Made by a program: the position numbers and the translations under genes
Assembly (NCBI GenBank): GCA_045533905.1
Contig: JAZSIR010000013.1
Location: forward strand, 12,392 to 76,391
Direction of reading: 5' to 3'
DNA length: 64,000 nucleotides
DNA from: Clostridia bacterium
GTDB lineage: Bacteria; Bacillota; Clostridia; UMGS1883; UMGS1540
The notes under the pieces: model-generated
Databases searched by the model: none
Told to the model about the DNA's origin: nothing
Seen by the model: the letters and a program-made list of their open reading frames with translations, nothing else
Shown: one piece after another, positions 1 through 8,831 of the stretch
Layout of the letters: each line of letters begins with the position of its first letter
Position numbering within the stretch: position 1 is the stretch's first letter

Positions 1-494
1 ATCATAATGAGAACGTTATGCAAAAGACCTAAAATAGCGGCAAGACCGGACTTGAAGTCAAAACGGATGGTGATGTAGATGAGCATGCACAAAACAGAGA
101 GCATGATAGCCTTTAAGGCGTCAGTCAGAAGCTTTGTGCTGGCAGAAGCGGAAACGTTGGTAGCTTCCTGCAGTGCCGTTTCGTCGAGGCTGTATTTTTC
201 CTTGATAGCTTCTACAATCGCGTCACGCTTTTCGGTGGCGATTTCTTCTGTTTTGATGGAAACATCCGTCTCGCCTGCTTTTTGAATAACAGGGGTAACA
301 CCGGCTTTTTCCTGCACAATGGCTGCAATGTCATCGTTACTGAATTCCTGGCCGATGGCCATGCGGATTTCTGTACCGCCCAAAAAGTCAAGACCGAAGT
401 TCAGACCGCCAAAAGCGATGTATGCAATGATACCTGCTAAAATGACGATGGCGGAAACAATGAAGTAAATTTTCTTATGCTTTAAAATGTTCAT
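1..494 (-). CDS. secF: Protein translocase subunit SecF (3' part lies outside the window)
   Basis: ATG at 494-492 overlaps the secD stop (TAATG); translates MNILKHKKIYFIVSAIVILAGIIAYIAFGGLNFGLDFLGGTEI (SecD/F GLDF-GG motif); follows secD. Confidence 0.93.
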   Translation of the reverse strand, partial: MNILKHKKIYFIVSAIVILAGIIAYIAFGGLNFGLDFLGGTEIRMAIGQEFSNDDIAAIVQEKAGVTPVIQKAGETDVSIKTEEIATEKRDAIVEAIKEKYSLDETALQEATNVSASASTKLLTDALKAIMLSVLCMLIYITIRFDFKSGLAAILGLLHNVLIM

Positions 495-1819
495 TATTCC
501 TGCACCTCCTTTTCCACTTTTACGCCAAAGGCAGCGGGATTCTTAAGACCGAGATTGAGGAAAATCTTAAGGAGCATACGCGTAATAAATACAGCTGTAA
601 TCATGCTGACTACGATGCCGATACCGAGCGTCCAGGCAAAGCCCTTGATGGTACCGGTACCGAAAGCACCGAGAACAATCGCGGCAATAACCGTTGTGAT
701 GTTCGAGTCGATAATGGCGCTGAGGGCGCGGTGGAAACCGGAATCAACAGCCGCGCGAGCCGTTTTGCCGGCGCGAAGCTCTTCTTTAATTCTTTCGAAG
801 ATAACGATGTTTGCGTCAACGGCCATACCTACGCCGAGAACGATACCGGCGATACCGGGGAGGGTAAGTGTTCCGTTTACGCCGAGGAACGAGAAGTAAC
901 CGGCGATTGTGAGAACAACAAGACCGATGTAGCCAAGAAGGGCAATATCGGCAATGAGGCCCGGAATGCGGTAGATTAAAAGCATAAAGAGCATAACGAG
1001 CAAGATACCGATACCGGCGGCGAGAAGGCTTGTTTCAAGCGCTTTGTCACCGAGGGTAGGCCCAATACTGCGAAGCTCGGCTTCCTTCAATGCGAAGGGA
1101 AGCTGACCGCTCTGAATCTGGTTTGCAAGGGCCGAGGCGGAAGCTTCTGTGAAGTTGCCGTTGATAACACAGTTGCTGGTTGTGATAGTTTCGCTTACGG
1201 AAGGTCTCGAAACTTCGTCTTCGTCAAGATAAATGGAGATGTAGTTTGTGCCGTCCGTCTTTGTCGAAATCGAAGCCGTGGCAGAAGAAAACTTCTTTGT
1301 GCCCTCGGACGTAAATTCCAGCTCTACGTAATGCTCCATATTGCCGTTTTCACGGGTCTGGCCGTAGCGGTAGGTGGCGCGCTTTACATCGGTGCCGCCT
1401 TCCATAATTACATTGCCGGAAGCATCGCGGAATGTAAGCTTTGCAGTGGCTCCGAGCATCTGTACTGCGTCCTCAGGATTGGAAATGTTCGGAATTTCAA
1501 TTGAAATCGCCTTGTTGCCGCGCTGTGTGACAGTCGCGTCATAGTAGCCCTGGCTGTCAAGACGGTTTCTTACAACCGCAATTGCTGCATCCATATCCGT
1601 CTGTGAGGGGTTTTCTGCATCCGCCTCAAAGGATATGATGGAACCGCCTACGAGGTCAAGCCCGCGTTTTACGCCGTATTCTTCATCCAGCGCCTTCGGG
1701 AAGTAGTACTTGTCCCCTGTAAAAGGATTCACAACGGTTACGCCGCATACAGCAGTGAAAATCAGGGCTGCAATGACCAAAAGCGTCAACACAAGCCCAA
1801 TAATGCTTTTTGCTTTCAT
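494..1819 (-). CDS. secD: Protein translocase subunit SecD
   Basis: RGLDLVGG, GPTLG, LTLPGIAGIVLGVGMAVDANIVIFERIKEE motifs; start moved to the ATG at 1819 with AGGAGG SD. Confidence 0.97.
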   Translation of the reverse strand: MKAKSIIGLVLTLLVIAALIFTAVCGVTVVNPFTGDKYYFPKALDEEYGVKRGLDLVGGSIISFEADAENPSQTDMDAAIAVVRNRLDSQGYYDATVTQRGNKAISIEIPNISNPEDAVQMLGATAKLTFRDASGNVIMEGGTDVKRATYRYGQTRENGNMEHYVELEFTSEGTKKFSSATASISTKTDGTNYISIYLDEDEVSRPSVSETITTSNCVINGNFTEASASALANQIQSGQLPFALKEAELRSIGPTLGDKALETSLLAAGIGILLVMLFMLLIYRIPGLIADIALLGYIGLVVLTIAGYFSFLGVNGTLTLPGIAGIVLGVGMAVDANIVIFERIKEELRAGKTARAAVDSGFHRALSAIIDSNITTVIAAIVLGAFGTGTIKGFAWTLGIGIVVSMITAVFITRMLLKIFLNLGLKNPAAFGVKVEKEVQE

Positions 1820-1959
1820 TCTAGGTAACTCCTCCTTGCGTAAATAAGAGTGCTTTTTTGTATTTTGCGCGGGCGGAAGGCTTGTCCGCCCTTTGTCGCA
1901 CTGCGCCAAAAGGGGCAGTGCGCCGTAAACAAAATCGTGTGCCTTCCGGCAGATCCGTT

Positions 1960-2376
1960 TTATGCTTTTTTTCTTCTCCCGCCGCCGACATTGATGCCGA
2001 TGGTGCCACCGACGGAGCCCACCGCGATTTCCAGCCCCCAGAGCTTCCAGAAGGAAGGAGAAGGGGAGAAGGAGCTGAATGCGAGCGCCGAAACGAGATA
2101 GGCTACAAGACCATATAAAGCACCGGCTGCCGCACCGCGCAAAAAGCCGTGCCGCGCGCTGCCCTTTGCCGAAAGAAAGCCGGCGAGAAAAACGCAGATA
2201 GCCGTAGCCGCCGGGATCCCGGCATTTGCCGCAGGCATACTGACAAGCCCCGTGGCAATACAGATTGCCAGAAGGAAAAGTGCCAGAAATGTCAGCGCGA
2301 CAGAAAGAAGAATCGGTTTCAAAACGGAAGATAAAAAACCGGGTGCCGCGACCTGCGCGGCAGTGTGCCTTGTCAT
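1960..2376 (-). CDS. TIGR04086-like small multi-pass membrane protein
   Basis: Very hydrophobic ~138 aa ending GGTIGIN + basic tail; lies between yajC and secD as in many Clostridia. Confidence 0.75.
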   Translation of the reverse strand: MTRHTAAQVAAPGFLSSVLKPILLSVALTFLALFLLAICIATGLVSMPAANAGIPAATAICVFLAGFLSAKGSARHGFLRGAAAGALYGLVAYLVSALAFSSFSPSPSFWKLWGLEIAVGSVGGTIGINVGGGRRKKA

Positions 2377-2432
2377 ACGGAAAGTCCCCTTTTCATAGAA
2401 ATTACTGCATATCTATGCGGGGGACCGGAGAA

Positions 2433-2720
2433 TTATTCCTTGACCGTAAGGCAGCTTGCGATGGAGTTTCTGGAAAGGGTAATCTGCGACTTTTCTGTGC
2501 CGCTGCCTGTTTCCAGAACTACCGTATCATCTTTCATTTTTACGATTTTACCGTGGATACCGCCGATGGAAACAACCTTGTCGCCAACTGCGAGTGCATC
2601 GAGCATTGCTTTCATAGCTTTCTGCTGCTTCTTCTGCGGACGAATCAGCATAAAATAGAAAACAACGAACATGATAACAATCCAGATAAGACCGATGTAA
2701 GGACTGGATTCCGGGTTCAT
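2433..2720 (-). CDS. yajC: Preprotein translocase subunit YajC
   Basis: FYFMLIRPQKKQQK and GDKVVSIGGIHG motifs; AGGAGG SD. Confidence 0.96.
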   Translation of the reverse strand: MNPESSPYIGLIWIVIMFVVFYFMLIRPQKKQQKAMKAMLDALAVGDKVVSIGGIHGKIVKMKDDTVVLETGSGTEKSQITLSRNSIASCLTVKE

Positions 2721-2795
2721 AGTGTCTGACCTCCTTTAAGGTATATAATAATATGTCTATTATACTATTTTTTTTGCTGTTTAGCAAGGGATTTT

Positions 2796-3224
2796 TTAAA
2801 TTTTACCAAATTTCATAAGAAGCGCATCGTCTTTCGGGTTTTTGTAATACGCGGCGCGAAGCCCGATTACGGAAAAGCCGAGGGCTTCGTAAAAACGGAT
2901 GGCCCCTTTGTTTTTGGAACGGACCTCCAGAAATATATCCGCCACCCGCTCAAACTCCCGCACCGCATAAGAAAGGAGCGCACGGCCAATGCCGCGGCGC
3001 CGTGCGGCGGGGGCGGTGGCAATCGATAAAATTTCCGCTTCGTCCATACAAGACTGCAAAAGCAGGGCGCCTTTGATTTCGGCATCTTCCTCGAATACCC
3101 AAACCACCATCGAAGGGGAGGAAAGCGCATCTTCAATATCGGCGGCCTTCCAAGGGGAGGGCATGCTTTCATAAAAAAGGTCTGCAATTTTTAAAACATC
3201 TTCTTTTGTGGCGGCACGAATCAT
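2796..3224 (-). CDS. rimI: RimI-like GNAT N-acetyltransferase
   Basis: RRRGIG acetyl-CoA motif, FLEVRSKN, FYEALGF, YYKNPKDDALLM. Confidence 0.88.
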   Translation of the reverse strand: MIRAATKEDVLKIADLFYESMPSPWKAADIEDALSSPSMVVWVFEEDAEIKGALLLQSCMDEAEILSIATAPAARRRGIGRALLSYAVREFERVADIFLEVRSKNKGAIRFYEALGFSVIGLRAAYYKNPKDDALLMKFGKI

Positions 3225-3640
3225 AACGGCATCTCCTCAATATACGAATTTATCTCTCCCGCGGCGGCGCGGTAGGTGTCCATATCCCCGCCGAAGGGGT
3301 CAGCCACATCGCCCGTTTTTCCTGCATATTCTGAGAGAGTGTATGTCTTGTCAACTGCATCCGGAAAAAGCGCACAGAGCATTCTGCGGTGCGCATCCGT
3401 CATCGTCAGAATAAGGTCTGCCTTTTCACAGAGGAATGCCGTGCAAGGCTGCGCGCGGTGGCTTTGGATATCCATACCGTATTCTGCCATAGTCCGCACG
3501 GCGTTTTCGTGCGCCGGCGCGGGGTATGAGACGGAAAGGCCTGCGCTTTCCACCGTGTGTGCATCCGTTTTCTTTTTCAGAAGTGCCTCGGCCATCGGGC
3601 TTCGGCACGTGTTTCCCGTACAAACAAAAACAATGTGCAT
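3221..3640 (-). CDS. Low-molecular-weight protein (arginine/tyrosine) phosphatase, YwlE-like
   Basis: CTGNTCRS P-loop and DPFGG; start at MHIVFV with GGAG SD; follows sua5 as ywlE does in Bacillus. Confidence 0.9.
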   Translation of the reverse strand: MHIVFVCTGNTCRSPMAEALLKKKTDAHTVESAGLSVSYPAPAHENAVRTMAEYGMDIQSHRAQPCTAFLCEKADLILTMTDAHRRMLCALFPDAVDKTYTLSEYAGKTGDVADPFGGDMDTYRAAAGEINSYIEEMPL

Positions 3641-3650
3641 ATCTGTCTCC

Positions 3651-4634
3651 TTACACCGTCTTGCCGCCTGCCGATTTGAAAAGGCGGTTGCGGACGGCAT
3701 CGCCCATCCCGCCTTCAGATGGCGGCATCGCAAAAATCACATCTGCCCCCATTTCGTCAAACGTGCGAAGGGAGAAGAAAAGGCGGGCGGCGTATTCCGC
3801 AGGCGTACTTCCCGCCGAAAGGGAAATGGGAAGAGAAGGCTTCTCTATCCCGTAATAGAGAATACCGGGATGGGCATATTCGCGTGCAGCTTCTATAATA
3901 CGTTCTAAAGCACCGTCACCTTCCGCGATATATACAGGCGCGTCCGGCGCATAATGCGTGTATTTCATACCCGGGCTTTTCGGGGCGCCGACGCCCGTAC
4001 CGTAAATAACCTCGCCAATTTCTGCCGAAAGCTCTTCCTTTGTAACGGCGCCCGGCCGCAAAATGGCAGGGGGCGAGACGGTAAGGTCTAAAACCGTGGA
4101 TTCCACACCCCACAAACAGTCACCACCGGCGATAATTGCATCGGCTCTTCCTTCCATATCGGCGATAACATGCGCGGCCGAGGTCGGGCTCGGTTTTCCG
4201 GAAAGGTTCGCGCTTGGCGCCGCGATGGGGACGCCGGAGAGTCGAATCAAAGCGTTTGCAATCGGGTGTGAGGGCATACGAACGGCCACGGTGGAAAGAC
4301 CCGCCGTAACGCAATTTGGCACCTTATCCGTTTTCGGCAAAATTAAAGTGAGCGGACCGCCCCAGAACTTATCCATAAGTTTCTCAGCAAGCGGCGTCAC
4401 GTGGCAGATGTCCGAAAGCTGTTCACGTTCGGATACATGCACGATAAGGGGATTATCCTGCGGTCTTCCCTTAGCTTTGAAAATTTTTGCAACCGCCGCT
4501 TCATCAAAAGCATTTGCGCCGAGACCGTACACGGTTTCCGTGGGAAAAGCGCAAATGCCGCCGCTTTGCAAAATAGCGGCGGCAGGCATAAGCTGCGTAT
4601 CTGAAAATGAATGCGGATTTACCTCTATAAGCAT
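3651..4634 (-). CDS. sua5: L-threonylcarbamoyladenylate synthase (Sua5/TsaC)
   Basis: FPTETVYGLGA, KGRPQDNPLIVH, AAPSANLSG, SPGMKYTHYAP; C-terminal SUA5 domain. Confidence 0.95.
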   Translation of the reverse strand: MLIEVNPHSFSDTQLMPAAAILQSGGICAFPTETVYGLGANAFDEAAVAKIFKAKGRPQDNPLIVHVSEREQLSDICHVTPLAEKLMDKFWGGPLTLILPKTDKVPNCVTAGLSTVAVRMPSHPIANALIRLSGVPIAAPSANLSGKPSPTSAAHVIADMEGRADAIIAGGDCLWGVESTVLDLTVSPPAILRPGAVTKEELSAEIGEVIYGTGVGAPKSPGMKYTHYAPDAPVYIAEGDGALERIIEAAREYAHPGILYYGIEKPSLPISLSAGSTPAEYAARLFFSLRTFDEMGADVIFAMPPSEGGMGDAVRNRLFKSAGGKTV

Positions 4635-4638
4635 GGTG

Positions 4639-6573
4639 TTACCTCGCTTTGGAAGCAATTTCTTCTGTGACGAGTGCTACGAATTCGGAAAGCTTCATAG
4701 CACCCTTATCGCCCTCTTTGCGAGAACGAACGGAAACGGCACCGTCTGCCTTTTCGTTTTCACCCACAATGAGCATATACGGCACTTTTTCAAGCTGTGC
4801 AGAGCGAATTTTGTAGCCGATCTTTTCGTCGCGGCTGTCTATATCGGCGCGTACACCCTTTTCGCGAAGGGCGCGGCGGACTTCATCTGCATAGTCAAGA
4901 TATTTTTCACTAATCGGCAGAACGCGTACCTGTTCGGGCGACATCCAAGTCGGAAGTGCGCCTGCATATTTCTCAAGGAGAAGTGCAATGGTGCGTTCAT
5001 AACAGCCGATAGACGTTCTGTGAATAATGTAAGGACGTTTCTTTTCGCCGTCAGCCGCTGTGTATTCCATGCCGAATTTTTCAGCGAGCATCTGGTCTAC
5101 TTGAATGGTAATGAGCGTATCTTCCTTGCCGTGAACATTCTTAATCTGAATGTCAAGCTTTGGACCGTAGAAAGCGGCTTCGCCAACGCCGATGGCATAC
5201 GGGATTTCGAGATGGTTCAAAATTCTTTCCATAATGCCCTGCGCTTCATCCCACTGCTCGGGGGTACCGATATACTTTTCACGGTCATTCGGGTCCCACT
5301 GCGAGAAGCGGTAGCTTACGTCTTCGTAAAGACCAATCGTTTTAAGCATGTAGTTTGCAAGCTCAAGGCAGGACTTGAATTCGTCCTCGAGTTGTTCGGG
5401 TGTACACATGAGATGGCCTTCCGAAATCGTGAACTGACGTACACGGATAAGACCGTGCATTTCGCCCGAAGCTTCGTTTCTGAAAAGGGTGGATGTTTCG
5501 CCGAGACGCATCGGCAGGTCACGGTACGATCTGCCGCGGTTTAAGTATGCCTGATACTGGAACGGACAGGTCATAGGACGAAGTGCAAACACTTCCTCGT
5601 CACTTTCAGGATCGCCGAGCACAAACATACCATCGCGGTAATGATCCCAATGCCCGGATACTTTGTAAAGGTCACTCTTTGCCATAAGCGGCGTTTTGGT
5701 GCGCTGCCAGCCCCAAGCTTCTTCCGTATCTTCTACGAAGCGCTGGAGCGTCTGCATAAGCTGTGCTCCTTTCGGGAGCATGATGGGAAGCCCCTGCCCG
5801 ATAAGTTCGGAGGTTGTAAAATATTCAAGATCGCGGCCGATTTTATTATGGTCGCGCTTTTTCGCTTCTTCGAGGGCTTCGAGGTACGCCGTAAGGTCAG
5901 CGTTCTTCGGGAATGCCGTACCGTAAATACGCTGGAGCATTTTGTTCTTCTCGTTGCCGCGCCAGTAGGCACCGGTTACGCTGAGAAGGCGGAATGCCTT
6001 AAGCTTCCCTGTGGTGGGAACGTGGGGGCCGGCACAAAGGTCGGTAAACTCGCCCTGTTCATAGAACGAAAGTTCCGCATCCTCCGGAAGATCCATGATG
6101 AGTTCAACCTTGTAAGGCTCGTCCTTCTTCTCCATAAGCGAGAGTGCTTCCGTGCGGGGGAGCACAAAGCGGCGAATCGGCAAATCTTCCTTAATAATTT
6201 TCTTCATTTCAGCCGAAATCGCATCTAAATCTTCCATGGAAAGATTTGTTTCCATATCAATATCATAATAGAAGCCATTCTCAATGGCGGGACCGATGGC
6301 AAGCTTTGCCGCGGGGTAGAGACGCTTTATGGCCTGTGCCAGAACGTGCGATGCCGTATGGCGGTACACAAGCTTTCCTTCCTCGCTGTCAAAGGTGAGA
6401 ATTTCTACGGTGGCGTCTTCCACGATAGGCGTGTCGAGAGACACCACTTCGCCGTTTACTTTCACAGCGAGCGCCGCGCGGAAAAGACCGTCGCTGATGC
6501 TTTTTGCAATGTCGCCGCCGGTTGTGCCGCTTTCAAAAGAATGTACTTCATCACGCAGAGTAATTTTCAACAT
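4639..6573 (-). CDS. thrS: Threonine--tRNA ligase
   Basis: TGS domain, HTASH, DLCAGPH, GAYWRG, RPMTCP, GEAAFYGPKLD, IIHR. Confidence 0.98.
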   Translation of the reverse strand: MLKITLRDEVHSFESGTTGGDIAKSISDGLFRAALAVKVNGEVVSLDTPIVEDATVEILTFDSEEGKLVYRHTASHVLAQAIKRLYPAAKLAIGPAIENGFYYDIDMETNLSMEDLDAISAEMKKIIKEDLPIRRFVLPRTEALSLMEKKDEPYKVELIMDLPEDAELSFYEQGEFTDLCAGPHVPTTGKLKAFRLLSVTGAYWRGNEKNKMLQRIYGTAFPKNADLTAYLEALEEAKKRDHNKIGRDLEYFTTSELIGQGLPIMLPKGAQLMQTLQRFVEDTEEAWGWQRTKTPLMAKSDLYKVSGHWDHYRDGMFVLGDPESDEEVFALRPMTCPFQYQAYLNRGRSYRDLPMRLGETSTLFRNEASGEMHGLIRVRQFTISEGHLMCTPEQLEDEFKSCLELANYMLKTIGLYEDVSYRFSQWDPNDREKYIGTPEQWDEAQGIMERILNHLEIPYAIGVGEAAFYGPKLDIQIKNVHGKEDTLITIQVDQMLAEKFGMEYTAADGEKKRPYIIHRTSIGCYERTIALLLEKYAGALPTWMSPEQVRVLPISEKYLDYADEVRRALREKGVRADIDSRDEKIGYKIRSAQLEKVPYMLIVGENEKADGAVSVRSRKEGDKGAMKLSEFVALVTEEIASKAR

Positions 6574-6609
6574 AGTATCACCGATTCTTTCCAAAAAATA
6601 TATAGAAAT

Positions 6610-6638
6610 ATTATACGCTTTTTCTCTGTTTTTGTCAA
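6610..6638 (-). promoter_or_regulatory. sigma-A promoter of thrS operon
   Basis: TTGACA-N17-TATAAT on the minus strand. Confidence 0.8.
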
Positions 6639-6696
6639 TGCAAATTCCGTAAAAATCTATTTTTCGCCGCCATACCGAAAAAAAATAAAGTTTTTC

Positions 6697-6725
6697 TTGA
6701 CATATAATTCCGTGTGCGGTATAAT
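6697..6725 (+). promoter_or_regulatory. sigma-A promoter of rpsU
   Basis: TTGACA (6697-6702)-N17-TATAAT (6720-6725). Confidence 0.8.
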
Positions 6726-6852
6726 AAATTTGTTTATGGTAGCGAAAAGGCGCTTGTCCGTTTTTAGATACGGGATGCTTCCGGGCAGGTCGGATGTATG
6801 CTTCTATAGAAAATATTCCCGAATTTGTACGACTCGGAGGGAGGGATTTTAG

Positions 6853-7029
6853 ATGTCGGAAATCAGAATTAAAGATAATGAGTCTTTAGATAGCGCGTTG
6901 CGCAGATTCAAACGTCAATGTGCAAAATCTGGTGTTTTGTCTGAGATTAGAAAAAGAGAACATTACGAAAAGCCGAGCGTAAAACGCAAGAAGAAGTCGG
7001 AAGCGGCAAGAAAGCGTAAGTTTAAGTAA
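6853..7029 (+). CDS. rpsU: 30S ribosomal protein S21 (58 aa, absent from ORF track)
   Basis: Manual translation [58 protein letters not shown]; GGAGG SD. Confidence 0.98.
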   Translation: MSEIRIKDNESLDSALRRFKRQCAKSGVLSEIRKREHYEKPSVKRKKKSEAARKRKFK

Positions 7030-7040
7030 GACAAAAAACG

Positions 7041-7071
7041 AAAAGGCCCTTTTCTAAAAGGTGCCTTTTTT
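7041..7071 (+). terminator. Intrinsic terminator after rpsU
   Basis: AAAAGGC-CCTTTT...AAAAGG-TGCCTTTTT imperfect hairpin followed by a T-run. Confidence 0.7.
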
Positions 7072-7175
7072 GTTTTCCGATATTTTTTACCCTTCGAAAA
7101 ATAAAAACAAAAAAAGTTAAAAAATGTATTGACAAACCTTTTCCTTTGTGGTATTATAATCAAGTCGCAAGACAC

Positions 7176-7251
7176 GCGCCATTAGCTCAGTTGGTAGAGC
7201 AACTGACTCTTAATCAGTGGGTCCTGGGTTCGAGTCCCCGATGGCGCACCA
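7176..7251 (+). tRNA. tRNA-Lys (anticodon CTT)
   Basis: 76 nt cloverleaf: GCGCCAT/ATGGCGC acceptor stem, ACTGA-CTCTTAA-TCAGT anticodon arm, GGTTCGAGTCC T-arm, encoded CCA; own TTGACA-N17-TATTAT promoter at 7129-7157. Confidence 0.97.
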
Positions 7252-7285
7252 ACAAAAAAGACATCTTCGGATGTCTTTTTTTGTT
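7251..7285 (+). terminator. Intrinsic terminator after tRNA-Lys
   Basis: AAAAAAGACATC-TTCG-GATGTCTTTTTT perfect stem with UUCG loop. Confidence 0.9.
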
Positions 7286-7397
7286 GTCTGAATCAAAATC
7301 GGGGGACTCGAACCCTCAAAATCGGTGACAGAACACGAGCTGGTTTTGTATTTTTTCAGCATTTCCCGAATAGAATGAAGAAAAGAACGAAAAAATC

Positions 7398-7426
7398 TTG
7401 ACAAATCCTCGGGAAGTCACTATAAT
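7398..7426 (+). promoter_or_regulatory. sigma-A promoter of CPA2/ClC genes
   Basis: TTGACA-N17-TATAAT. Confidence 0.75.
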
Positions 7427-7476
7427 AAAAAGGTCGATTTTTGGCATAATGTTATTGTATTAAGGAAGCGAGAAAA

Positions 7477-8775
7477 ATGAGTACATTATTATCTGTTTCA
7501 GTTGCCCTCCTTGCCGGTCTTTTGATGACGCGCGTATTTAAGCCGCTGAAGCTGCCGGCAGTAACGGCATACCTTATCGCCGGTGTTTTAATCGGGCCGT
7601 ACTGCATCGGTGCCCTTGGAATTGAAGGCCTCGGCTTTAAAACATCAGAAGCGGTAGGCGCCCTTTCCCTTATTTCTGATGTGGCACTCGGCTTTATTGC
7701 TTTTTCCATCGGTAGTGAATTTAGATTGGAAGAACTCAAAAAAACCGGTAAGCAGGCAACCGTAATCGGTATTTCCCAGGCACTCGTGGCAACGCTCCTT
7801 GTAGACCTTGCCCTTTTAGGCGTACATCTCATGATTCCCGATAAGCTCACAGTTCCGCAGCTTTTGACACTGGGCGCCATCGCCACGGCTACGGCACCTG
7901 CGGCAACGCTCATGGTTGTACGGCAGTATAAAGCAAAAGGACCTTTGACTGACCTTCTTTTGCCGATTGTTGCACTCGATGATGCAGTAGGTCTTATTGT
8001 GTTCGCCGTATCCTTCGGGATTGCGCGTTCCCTTATGGAGGGCGCGGTGGATATGGTTTCCATCCTTGTAAACCCGATTGTGGAAATTGTCTGCTCGTTA
8101 GGTCTTGGCGCTATCATGGGCTGGATACTCACGCAGCTTGAAAAGATGTTCAACTCCAATACAAACCGCCTCAATATGTCAACCGCGTTTGTATTTTTAA
8201 CGGTAGCCCTTTCCATGATTGACTTCCATATCGGCGCAGTACATATCAGCTTCTCGTCGCTCCTTGTTTGCATGATGCTCGGCACGATTTTCTGCAATAT
8301 CTGTCCGCTTTCTGAAGACCTTATGGAGAGAACAGATAAATGGACCTCGCCGCTTTTTGCACTTTTCTTTGTGATCAGTGGTGCAGAACTGGAACTGAAT
8401 GTTTTCGCGGAAATATCTATCGTCCTTATTGGTCTTGTATATATTTTATTCCGTTCTCTCGGCAAGTATTTTGGTACTATGATGAGTGCGAAAATGACAG
8501 CTTGCTCACCGGCTATCTGCAAATACCTCGGTATTACGCTTCTGCCGCAGGCAGGTGTTGCGCTCGGCATGTGCGCAATTGCCGCGGAACAGCTTCCGGG
8601 ACAGGGCAATCTCATCCGAAACATTACGCTGTTTGCCGTTTTGGTTTACGAAATTTTCGGTCCTGTATTCACACGTTGGGCGCTCACAAAAGCAGGCGAC
8701 ATTCAGCCGATGAGCGAAGAAGTGAAAAACCGCCGCAAAACAAAACTCGCTGCGGCACAAAAGGCAGAAAAATAA
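7477..8775 (+). CDS. Cation:proton antiporter (CPA2/Kef-like)
   Basis: Multi-TM; LPAVTAYLIAGVLIGP, ATATAPAAT, VALDD, LLPQAGVALG motifs. Confidence 0.9.
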   Translation: MSTLLSVSVALLAGLLMTRVFKPLKLPAVTAYLIAGVLIGPYCIGALGIEGLGFKTSEAVGALSLISDVALGFIAFSIGSEFRLEELKKTGKQATVIGISQALVATLLVDLALLGVHLMIPDKLTVPQLLTLGAIATATAPAATLMVVRQYKAKGPLTDLLLPIVALDDAVGLIVFAVSFGIARSLMEGAVDMVSILVNPIVEIVCSLGLGAIMGWILTQLEKMFNSNTNRLNMSTAFVFLTVALSMIDFHIGAVHISFSSLLVCMMLGTIFCNICPLSEDLMERTDKWTSPLFALFFVISGAELELNVFAEISIVLIGLVYILFRSLGKYFGTMMSAKMTACSPAICKYLGITLLPQAGVALGMCAIAAEQLPGQGNLIRNITLFAVLVYEIFGPVFTRWALTKAGDIQPMSEEVKNRRKTKLAAAQKAEK

Positions 8776-8831
8776 AACAAAAATCCGGATGCCTTGTGCA
8801 TTCGGATTTTACGTATGGGAGATGATTTTGC

